Shown: in pieces, positions 14,430 to 21,757 of the stretch
Position numbering within the stretch: position 1 is the stretch's first letter
Layout of the letters: each line of letters begins with the position of its first letter
NCBI RefSeq assembly: GCF_000016745.1
Contig: NC_009483.1
Coordinates: 4,320,001-4,352,000 of the forward strand
Origin: Geotalea uraniireducens Rf4
Lineage (GTDB): Bacteria; Desulfobacterota; Desulfuromonadia; Geobacterales; Geobacteraceae
DNA length: 32,000 nt
Direction of reading: 5' to 3'
Position numbers and translations under genes: made by a program
The notes under the pieces: generated by a model
What the model was told of the DNA's origin: nothing
What the model saw: only the letters and a program-made list of their open reading frames with translations
Databases searched by the model: none

Positions 14430-15479
14430 CTAGAACAAAGTGCCGATGGCGCTCCCCAGCACCTGTATCGGCCCGGTGTCGCCAAGCCCGTCCATCGCCT
14501 TTTCGGCCTTTTTCAGGGCGGCAGTCGTGTCGCGATACAGGTTGTCTTCATTCACCAGCTTGCCCAGGGTCCCCTCCCCGTCGTTTATCTTGCGGGTGAT
14601 TTCCTTGATGTTCCTGGAGGCATCCCGCACTTCATTATAGAGAGCCTGATCGTTGATGAGCTTGCCCATCGTTCCGTCACCCCGATTGATCTTGGCGGCA
14701 ATCTCCTTCACGTCTTTCATGCTGTCGTTAAGGCTCGCCACAGCCGCCTTGGAGTCCGTATAAAGGGCATCATCATTAACGAGCTTGCCCATCGTCCCTT
14801 CACCCCTGTCTATCTTGGCAGTAATATTCTTCAGGCTCGTTGTAGCTTCACTGGCATTGGCGTAGAGCACCTTATCATTCAACAGCATGGCCAGCGATCC
14901 CTCGCCACGATCGAATTTGTCGGTTATGCTGCTGAGATTGGCGATCGAGTTGCGCAGGTTTTCCCGGTTGTCGTCAAGTATTGAGGAAATCTTTCCCATC
15001 ACCTCGTTCTGGTTCTTGTTGAGCTCGGTAATGAGGATTTTGGCGTCTTTCGTCAGATCGCTCATGTTATCGACGATAACATCGATATTGGCCACATCCC
15101 GCCCCCTTACCGTGCCGCCCGGCGGAAGGAGAGGCGCATTGGGAGAGCCGAAGGAAAGGCCGAGGAACTGCCCTCCCAGCAGGTTGGTCAGACGGAGGCC
15201 GGCTACGGTATCCGTCTTGATCTTTGTCCCCGGCTTCACCTCGAAATCGATCTGTATTTTTTCGTCGAGGATGGTTATTTTGTCAATCTTACCAACATCC
15301 ACACCGGCCAACCTGACGGGGTCTCCGACCTTGAGACCGGTAATGCTGGTCAGATAGGTCTTATAGAGGACCTTTTTTTCGAAAGGATTCCACTTTTCAC
15401 CCACTTCAAGCATAACTCCGAGGACAACCATCCCCATCACAAAGAATATGCCGACTTTTTTTTCAACCGAAAGCGCCAT
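14430..15479 (-). CDS. MlaD/MCE-family periplasmic substrate-binding protein with C-terminal GEGTxGKL repeats
   Basis: The N-terminal TM segment KKVGIFFVMGMVVLGVML is followed by an MCE core (GLKVGDPVRLAGVDVGKI). Four ~35-aa repeats then contain [DN]xG[ED]G[ST][LM][GA]KL[LV]N[DE]xxLY. The start was set at ATG 15479 (MALSVEKK), with AGGGGG upstream. Confidence 0.8.
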   Translation of the reverse strand: MALSVEKKVGIFFVMGMVVLGVMLEVGEKWNPFEKKVLYKTYLTSITGLKVGDPVRLAGVDVGKIDKITILDEKIQIDFEVKPGTKIKTDTVAGLRLTNLLGGQFLGLSFGSPNAPLLPPGGTVRGRDVANIDVIVDNMSDLTKDAKILITELNKNQNEVMGKISSILDDNRENLRNSIANLSSITDKFDRGEGSLAMLLNDKVLYANASEATTSLKNITAKIDRGEGTMGKLVNDDALYTDSKAAVASLNDSMKDVKEIAAKINRGDGTMGKLINDQALYNEVRDASRNIKEITRKINDGEGTLGKLVNEDNLYRDTTAALKKAEKAMDGLGDTGPIQVLGSAIGTLF

Positions 15480-15558
15480 CAATACCCCCTGCAAGCAGTA
15501 AATAGTGAGCTGTAAGCTGAAAAAACTCAACCGACAGCCGTTACTCACTACTCACTGA

Positions 15559-16338
15559 TTACATCAAAATCCTTGTCAGAAAATAATCCGCCACCAAAAT
15601 CAGCATGAACGAAAGAACCACCGATCGTGTGGTGGATATGCCTATCCCCCTGGCTCCGCCCGACGTTTTAAAACCGATATAGCAGGAGACCAGGGCAATG
15701 ATCGCACCGAACACAAACGCCTTGATCAGCCCGATGCCGATCTCGTGAAACTTCAACGCGGCAGTCAGACTATCGTAATAGGTGGAATATGAAACGAAAA
15801 TCTTCGGGTGCAGATTGCTTATGATTGCACCGCCGGTGATGCCGATGAAGTCCGAATATATGACCAGCGCGGGGAGGCAGACGATGCAGGCGATAAAACG
15901 CGGCATTGCCAGATAACGCACCGGGTTGATGTCGAGGGTCTTCAGCGCATCGATCTCCTCGTAGACTGTCATTACTCCGAGCTCGGCAGCCATGGCAGAT
16001 CCGGCCCGGCCCGCAACAAGAAAGCTGGTCATGACCGGTCCCAGTTCCCGTACCATGGAATGGCCGACGATCGCGCCGATGATGTTCTGACTGCCGTACT
16101 TTTGCAGCTCGACGCCGGTCTGCAAGGCAAGCACCATGCCGACGAAAAACGCCATCACCGAGGCAACCGGCAGCGTTTCATAGCCGATTATGGCCATCTG
16201 GGCAAAGATACTTGCGATATTGCGCGGTGCTTCCCGGAAGAAATAAATCGTCTGCCCGAGGAGTATCAGCATCTCACCGACAATTTCATGAAAGAGAATA
16301 ACTTTCTTGCCGATTCTATCGAAGACTCCAGTCATCAC
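15559..16338 (-). CDS. mlaE: MlaE-family ABC transporter permease
   Basis: FFREAPRNIASIFAQMAIIGYETLPVASVMAFFVGMVLALQ and VRELGPVMTSFLVAGRAGSAMAAELG are typical of MlaE/YrbE. The start (GTG 16338 or ATG 16335) overlaps the stop of the upstream ORF. Confidence 0.85.
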   Translation of the reverse strand: MMTGVFDRIGKKVILFHEIVGEMLILLGQTIYFFREAPRNIASIFAQMAIIGYETLPVASVMAFFVGMVLALQTGVELQKYGSQNIIGAIVGHSMVRELGPVMTSFLVAGRAGSAMAAELGVMTVYEEIDALKTLDINPVRYLAMPRFIACIVCLPALVIYSDFIGITGGAIISNLHPKIFVSYSTYYDSLTAALKFHEIGIGLIKAFVFGAIIALVSCYIGFKTSGGARGIGISTTRSVVLSFMLILVADYFLTRILM

Positions 16339-17849
16339 TTCCTGCTCCTTGAAGGCTCTGCATCGCCTGCAACCACGTCTGCTTCAGCCTTGCCCCAGTG
16401 AACGCCGAATGGAAGCCACAGCACACTGATGCTTTTTCCCCCGTTATTGTTCCGATACCGCATTAATCCCTTCAACAGCTTCAAGTCGCGGTTCTTGTTC
16501 TCGGAACTGTAGGCCACCAGGGGAAATATCTCGTAGGCCAGGCCATCGCCACGCACCTCATGCCAGTAAAGGTTCCAGAGAAACGACACCGCCGAGTCGC
16601 CGCGGTCATTCCATTTCTGCTGATAGAGCCGCCAGAGTGGCGCCCAGTTTCTCTCGATTCCGTCCCGGTCAAACACCGGCTCAACCGGCGCAGGCATGGA
16701 GAAGGAACTGACTCCGCGCGGGTCCCGTTTATAGACGAAGAGCGGCCACAAAGCGGTACGACGCCTATTACTGCCGTCCTTCGGCCACATCTCGCGGTTG
16801 TCGGAATAAAGAAAGTAGAGAATCCTGTCCCGCTCCTGACTGAAAGCCGGCGAGTTCATTTCTTCATGTTTATAAATCGGCCAGAGATACCAACGTTTCA
16901 GGGTTTCCTTCCCCTTGTCCTCGGAATAAAACGGCAACAGGCTCGTGACATTTCTCGCCTCGCCGCGCACCGTCAGCCAGAAAGGCCAGAAATAATCGAC
17001 CTCCTTTTGCGACCGGGCGATGTCGTCAGTATATCCGAAAAAAGGCCAGAGATAAGAGCGTGAAACCTTTTTCTGCGAATCGGTCGCCGCATACAGCGGC
17101 AAGATGGTCACTTTATCTGTCGGGTTGTCCGTATCCAGCCCGATCTGCTCTTTCATGAAGATCGGCCAGAGCGCAAAACGCCTGTTATATACCCCCTCCT
17201 TGGCCGACTGCCCATAGAGGGGCCAGAACTGGAACCCGCTCTCCCGCTCCCCCTCAATGGTTGCGAAAAACGGATAAAGATAGTTGCGGGTAGTGGTCCC
17301 TTTCTTCACGGTCCTGCCATAGAGGGGAAACATGACGTAGTGGTACTCGTCCCGCCAGAACCGTTCATAGATGTCGCCGTAGAAGGGAAAAATTGAGGTA
17401 TAGGGACCGTATTTCTCCGACTTGCCGCTGATATAAAACGGAAAAAACATGGAGCTTTTGTCCTGTTTTTCCCCTTCATTCTTGCGATAGACATTGTTCT
17501 GGATTACCTTAATCAGCTGAACGGTGCTCACTTCCGGGGTTGATGCACTCGATGCGAGCGGATAAAGATATTCAGCAGAACTGGTCCTGTTATGCCGGTT
17601 CGTAGTCTGGAAAATAAGCGGCCGGATGGCCATCTCACGTTCATCGCCACGCTGCTGGAGTTTAAAAACCGGGCCGAGGATGGAGAGGTTGCTGTACCCG
17701 TCCTGCGGACTTTCCCGGAAATCGAGCAAAGGCCAAAGAGTAAATATCGTGCCGTTATCCACTCTGGAAGCAGCATCCTCGGCAAAAACCGGAGAAACGG
17801 AAAAGAGACAGAAGAGTAATACAGCTATAGCAAATTTTATGATAGACAT
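16335..17849 (-). CDS. secreted repeat protein of unknown family (about 20 aromatic-Pro-aromatic repeats)
   Basis: A signal peptide (MSIIKFAIAVLLFCLFSVSPVFA|ED) is followed by a recurring motif every ~17-22 residues: LWPLL, YLYPL, FFPFY, IFPFYG, MFPLYG, LYPFF, FWPLYG, LWPIF, ILPLY, LWPFFG, FWPFW, LLPFY, LWPIY, LWPLF, APLW, IFPLV, LWLPFG. Its stop overlaps the mlaE start. Confidence 0.75.
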   Translation of the reverse strand: MSIIKFAIAVLLFCLFSVSPVFAEDAASRVDNGTIFTLWPLLDFRESPQDGYSNLSILGPVFKLQQRGDEREMAIRPLIFQTTNRHNRTSSAEYLYPLASSASTPEVSTVQLIKVIQNNVYRKNEGEKQDKSSMFFPFYISGKSEKYGPYTSIFPFYGDIYERFWRDEYHYVMFPLYGRTVKKGTTTRNYLYPFFATIEGERESGFQFWPLYGQSAKEGVYNRRFALWPIFMKEQIGLDTDNPTDKVTILPLYAATDSQKKVSRSYLWPFFGYTDDIARSQKEVDYFWPFWLTVRGEARNVTSLLPFYSEDKGKETLKRWYLWPIYKHEEMNSPAFSQERDRILYFLYSDNREMWPKDGSNRRRTALWPLFVYKRDPRGVSSFSMPAPVEPVFDRDGIERNWAPLWRLYQQKWNDRGDSAVSFLWNLYWHEVRGDGLAYEIFPLVAYSSENKNRDLKLLKGLMRYRNNNGGKSISVLWLPFGVHWGKAEADVVAGDAEPSRSRK

Positions 17850-17930
17850 AGACCCTGGAAATCCAATAACAACACACTACACCCCACCGAACCAGCTGGA
17901 AATTGCAGCTAGCTACAGAATGAACTGCCA

Positions 17931-17960
17931 ATATTATCCGCATGGCTTAACCTTAGTCAA
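17931..17960 (-). promoter_or_regulatory. candidate sigma70 promoter of the repeat-protein/mlaE/mlaD operon
   Basis: The minus strand reads TTGACT (17960-17955), 18 nt, TAATAT (17936-17931). This lies about 80 nt upstream of ATG 17849. It is a prediction by eye only. Confidence 0.4.
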
Positions 17961-17969
17961 TAAAAAACA

Positions 17970-18138
17970 CTAGGAGCCTGTCGGACTTAGGAATGAATCT
18001 ACTACGAGAACGGCAAATCGGTCCATATTTCCGTAAATTTTCGACAAATAGGTCCACTATTCGCTCTCAAATTTCCGAAAATCTGTCCTCGATTTGCCAG
18101 TCTCTCGCTATGACCCCCTAAGTCCGACAGGCTCCTAG
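17970..18138 (-). mobile_element. 169-bp MITE-like near-palindromic element, copy 2 (inverted relative to copy 1)
   Basis: It has the same perfect 22-bp TIRs. Its reverse complement aligns along the full length with 249..417. Confidence 0.7.
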
Positions 18139-18178
18139 AAAAGCATAGCGTTTTCGGAAATATACCCCCTACAAACGC

Positions 18179-18207
18179 AAAAAGACCCGCTGACTTCGCG
18201 GGTCTTT
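18179..18207 (-). terminator. rho-independent terminator after leuD
   Basis: The minus strand reads AAAGACCCGC-GAAGTCA-GCGGGTCTTTTT, about 35 nt after the leuD stop. Confidence 0.75.
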
Positions 18208-18240
18208 GCAGAAGGAGGAAAAGATTGCAAGGCCGTTAAA

Positions 18241-18768
18241 TCAATACTTACTGTCTGCGTAATCAACCCAGCCGCCGGCAAGAACCAGGGCCTTGTCGAA
18301 AGGAGAGATTTCAAAAGAGATGCTCTCTTCTTTTCCGCCCCCCTTGACCATAATTTTCTGGTCCTCGATATCCACGGCAATCGCCGTATCGGCAAAGCCG
18401 GCATAGCCGAACAGCAAGTCCAGCTTCTCCTTGGGGAGTTCGAGGGCTGCCATGCCGCAGTTGAACATGTTCTGGCGGAAGATGCGGGCGAACGATTCAG
18501 CGATGACCGCATTGATATCGTTCACCTCAAAAACCCACGGCGCGTGTTCGCGCGAGGAGCCGCAACCAAAATTGGATCGGCTGACGATCACTCTGGAGTC
18601 CTTGGTTTTTTCACCTTTCGGATCAAAACCGGGAAGCTTCAAGTCTTCAAGAATATAAGGCTTCAAGTCTTCCTTGGTGATTTCGGTCAGATATTTGGCC
18701 GGGATGATCTCGTCGGTATTGATGTCCGCCCGATCGAGAAAGAGTGCCGGCCCGCCAAAGGTTTTCAT
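18241..18768 (-). CDS. leuD: 3-isopropylmalate dehydratase small subunit
   Basis: INTDEIIPAKYL and SNFGCGSSREHAPW are signature motifs. AAGGAG lies upstream. The gene starts 21 nt after leuC ends. Confidence 0.9.
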   Translation of the reverse strand: MKTFGGPALFLDRADINTDEIIPAKYLTEITKEDLKPYILEDLKLPGFDPKGEKTKDSRVIVSRSNFGCGSSREHAPWVFEVNDINAVIAESFARIFRQNMFNCGMAALELPKEKLDLLFGYAGFADTAIAVDIEDQKIMVKGGGKEESISFEISPFDKALVLAGGWVDYADSKY

Positions 18769-18789
18769 ATATCGTCTCCTTGATTGAAT

Positions 18790-20073
18790 TTAAAGATATT
18801 TTCTCGGGTCGGCCATCTTCCCTTCGATGGCCGTTGCAGCGCTGGTTGCCGGGGACATGAGGTGAACCATTCCCCCCTTGCCCATCCGCCCCATGAAGTT
18901 CCTGTTGGTGGTAGAGGCGCAGACTTCGCCCTCGGCCAGGACGCCGTTGCTCATCCCGAGGCAGGCGCCGCAGGTGGGGTTGGTCACACAGAATCCTGCC
19001 TCCATGAAGATATCGATCAATCCTTCGTGCAAGGCATCACTGTAAACTTTCGGCGTAGCAGGTGAAAGTATGGCGCGGACCGTTGGGGCGATCTTCTTCC
19101 CCTTGAGAATTTCGGCGGCCACCCTCAGGTCTTCCAAACGGCCGTTGGTGCATGAGCCGAGATAAACCTGATCCACGGGAGTCCCGGCCATTTCCGTGAT
19201 CGTCTTAACCTGGTCGGGTTTATAGCCAAAGGTGACGACCGGCTCCAAACCGGAGATATCCAGGTCGAGCACCCGCTCATAGACTGCGTCCTCGTCCGAC
19301 CACCATTTTTTGAACTCCACAAGGGCCGCTTCCTTCGAAGCGTAATCCTCGCTTATGAACGGCCAGAGGTAATCGACCGTCACACTGTCCGGCATGCAGA
19401 TACCCGATGTTCCGCCTGCCTCGATCGCCATGTTGCACAAGGTCATGCGCGATTCCATGGTCATGGCGTCGACCACCGCTCCCCGGAATTCGATGACCCG
19501 GTCGGTGGCGCCGTTCACGCCGAGCCGGCCGATGACATGGAGGATGGCGTCCTTGGCGTAAACCCCTTTGGGGAGCTTGCCGTTCAGGTTGATACGGATG
19601 GTTTTCGGCTCACGGAAGGCGCAGACACCTTTCAGGATCCCGACCTCCAGGTCGGTAGTCCCGACACCGGCTGCGAAAGCGCCGAATGCCCCGTGGGTAC
19701 AGGTATGGGAGTCCCCCATGATTACCGTGTAGCCGGGCCGGATAAACCCTTTTTCAGGGAACAGCGCATGGCAAACGCCATTGGCGCCGATATCGAAAAA
19801 GTCTTTAATGTTGTGACGACGTGCCCAGTCCCGCAGCATTTTCGCCTGGGTAGCGGTCTTGCTGTCCTTGCTGGGGGTTACGTGGTCGATCACCGCCTTG
19901 ATCCTGGAAGTATCGAAGACCCGGTCCTTGCCCCGAGCGATAAGGTCGGCAATGGCGATGGGAGTAGTGATCTCGTGACACATCACCACATCGAGCTTGA
20001 GCACCCTGGTCCCGTGAAACGGCTCATCAACCAGGTGAGCGGCGAATATTTTCTCTGCTATGGTCATACCCAT
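18790..20073 (-). CDS. leuC: 3-isopropylmalate dehydratase large subunit
   Basis: MTIAEKIFAAH, the aconitase-type Cys motifs (GDSHTCTHGA, GSCTNGR, PTCGAC) and its pairing with leuD support the call. The start was set at ATG 20073 (MGMTIAEK), with AAGGAA 8 nt upstream. The track start is 20106. Confidence 0.9.
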   Translation of the reverse strand: MGMTIAEKIFAAHLVDEPFHGTRVLKLDVVMCHEITTPIAIADLIARGKDRVFDTSRIKAVIDHVTPSKDSKTATQAKMLRDWARRHNIKDFFDIGANGVCHALFPEKGFIRPGYTVIMGDSHTCTHGAFGAFAAGVGTTDLEVGILKGVCAFREPKTIRINLNGKLPKGVYAKDAILHVIGRLGVNGATDRVIEFRGAVVDAMTMESRMTLCNMAIEAGGTSGICMPDSVTVDYLWPFISEDYASKEAALVEFKKWWSDEDAVYERVLDLDISGLEPVVTFGYKPDQVKTITEMAGTPVDQVYLGSCTNGRLEDLRVAAEILKGKKIAPTVRAILSPATPKVYSDALHEGLIDIFMEAGFCVTNPTCGACLGMSNGVLAEGEVCASTTNRNFMGRMGKGGMVHLMSPATSAATAIEGKMADPRKYL

Positions 20074-20175
20074 AAAACTAATTCCTTTCACCCATAAAAT
20101 GGTCATAATTCCGTTACAATGTAAACAAATCCGGCAAACAAATCAAATTAATATTTGTTCAATGATGCTAAACAT

Positions 20176-20204
20176 TTGCCTAAGCAATACGCCAATGGTA
20201 CACT
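20176..20204 (+). promoter_or_regulatory. candidate sigma70 promoter of the LOG-family gene
   Basis: TTGCCT (20176-20181), 17 nt, TACACT (20199-20204). This position supports the ATG 20239 start rather than 20155. It is a prediction by eye only. Confidence 0.3.
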
Positions 20205-20238
20205 GTATACGATCATCCAAAGGAGAGCTACCGAACTT

Positions 20239-21294
20239 ATGCAATTGCGCTTTAACAGGACCAACGGCGAAATCGATACACTGATAGATTCACTCATAGA
20301 GAAAGCAGACGGGGTCCATCACCCGGTATTGGTTCGAGAAATGGTAATTTCAGCGCTGAAAGCCGGACAGGACACAGATTATCTTGCCGACCTCAAGCTT
20401 TTGAACAATACCATGAAGGAAATGCGCTATACCAACCGTGTCTTTGCCCCCTACCGGCAAAAAAAGAAAGTGACCATCTTCGGCTCGGCCAGGACCGAAC
20501 CCCATGAAGAAAGCTACCAGAAGTGCGTGAGCTTCAGCAGGCGCCTCGCAGATAAAGGATACATGATCATCACCGGCGGCGGACCTGGTATCATGCAGGC
20601 CGGCAACGAGGGGGCGGGGAGCGAAAACTCCTTCGCGGTCAACATCAGGCTCCCCTTCGAGCAGGCGCCAAACCGCGTCATGCTCGCAAACCCGCGGCTC
20701 ATAACCTATAAATACTTTTTCAATCGTAAAGTGGCTTTTGTCAAGGAAGCGGACGCCCTTGCCGTCTTTCCCGGAGGATTCGGGACACTTGATGAAGCAA
20801 TGGAGGTCTTCACCCTCATCCAGACAGGGAAGACCTCGCCCAAACCACTCGTTCTCATTGATGACAGTGACGGTTACTGGGAACAGTGGTTCAAATTCAT
20901 CAAAGAGCGGATGCTCGGCAAAGGCTTCATATCCGCAGAGGATTTCTCCATCTTCACGATAACACGCAGCGAAGAAGAGGCAGTGAAAGTCATAGAAGAT
21001 TTCTACCGGAATTACCATTCTCTGAGATTTGTTGATGGCCGGCTGATTATCAGGCTCAACATGGAACTCTCCAAGGCAAACATAGAAGAACTGGAAAACG
21101 AATTTCCCGAATTGCACCATGCCGGCACAAAAATAGTCCCGACCGCCCCTTTGCCGGAAGAGGCCGATGAGCCGGACCTGTTGAGATTACCACGAATTGC
21201 TCTCCAGTTCGACCACCAGCATTACGGTTTGCTGATGGCCTTTATCGGCAGAATAAACACTTTTGAATCTCCGCCCGATTCCTGCAAACAATAG
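20239..21294 (+). CDS. LOG/TIGR00730-family nucleotide 5'-monophosphate nucleosidase-like protein (long, PpnN-like form)
   Basis: TIFGSAR, GGGPGIMQAGNEGA and PGGFGTLDEAMEVFTLIQTGK are LOG-family motifs. N- and C-terminal extensions resemble the long PpnN/YgdH type. The ATG 20239 start is preceded by AGGAGAG. Confidence 0.75.
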   Translation: MQLRFNRTNGEIDTLIDSLIEKADGVHHPVLVREMVISALKAGQDTDYLADLKLLNNTMKEMRYTNRVFAPYRQKKKVTIFGSARTEPHEESYQKCVSFSRRLADKGYMIITGGGPGIMQAGNEGAGSENSFAVNIRLPFEQAPNRVMLANPRLITYKYFFNRKVAFVKEADALAVFPGGFGTLDEAMEVFTLIQTGKTSPKPLVLIDDSDGYWEQWFKFIKERMLGKGFISAEDFSIFTITRSEEEAVKVIEDFYRNYHSLRFVDGRLIIRLNMELSKANIEELENEFPELHHAGTKIVPTAPLPEEADEPDLLRLPRIALQFDHQHYGLLMAFIGRINTFESPPDSCKQ

Positions 21295-21297
21295 CAC

Positions 21298-21326
21298 TTG
21301 ACAAAGTAATTATATGATGTTAATTT
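21298..21326 (+). promoter_or_regulatory. candidate sigma70 promoter of csp (would give a ~150-nt 5' leader)
   Basis: TTGACA (21298-21303), 17 nt, TAATTT (21321-21326). A long leader is typical of cold-shock genes. It is a prediction by eye only. Confidence 0.4.
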
Positions 21327-21480
21327 TACCTTGCGGCAAGTTTCGGAAGTTTTTACAGCACCTGGAAACACAACAAAGTACGCTTTGTCTTTGGGGTTTT
21401 TCCTGCCCAAGACTCCGGAAACTGCAGTATTTCACGAAGACCCGGCAGAGATCCGGAGGCAACAAAAGGAGGCAGTAAAA

Positions 21481-21681
21481 ATGGCACAGGGCAAAGTAAA
21501 ATGGTTTAACGACGCAAAAGGGTTTGGCTTTATCGAGCAGGATAATGGGGAGGACGTATTCGTACATTTCTCCGCTATCACGGGTGAGGGCTTCAAATCT
21601 CTTACCGAGGGCGAAGCCGTAAGCTTCGATGTCACCAACGGGCCCAAAGGTCTGCAGGCCGCAAACGTCAAGAAAATCTAA
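21481..21681 (+). CDS. cold-shock protein, CspA family
   Basis: [33 protein letters not shown] carries the RNP1 and RNP2 motifs. The protein is 66 aa. AAGGAGG lies upstream of ATG 21481. The 116-aa track ORF is an over-extension. Confidence 0.95.
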   Translation: MAQGKVKWFNDAKGFGFIEQDNGEDVFVHFSAITGEGFKSLTEGEAVSFDVTNGPKGLQAANVKKI

Positions 21682-21706
21682 CGCAATATCGCTATAGATT
21701 GAAGAC

Positions 21707-21746
21707 AAAAAAAGCCCCGCCGATAAGTTCCGGCGGGGCTTTTTTT
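21707..21746. terminator. bidirectional rho-independent terminator
   Basis: AAAAAAA-GCCCCGCCG-ATAAGTTC-CGGCGGGGC-TTTTTTT lies between the convergent csp and protease genes. Confidence 0.85.
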
Positions 21747-21757
21747 GTACAGAATTT

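Noticed and set aside
20155-20238. Longer start for the LOG-family gene (track start 20155)
   Set aside because: The extension lies upstream of the best promoter-like hexamers and has no RBS. ATG 20239 is preceded by AGGAGAG. This call remains uncertain.
21331-21480. N-terminal extension giving a 116-aa cold-shock protein
   Set aside because: CspA-family proteins are about 66-70 aa. A strong AAGGAGG precedes ATG 21481, and the extension is better explained as the long 5' leader typical of csp genes.
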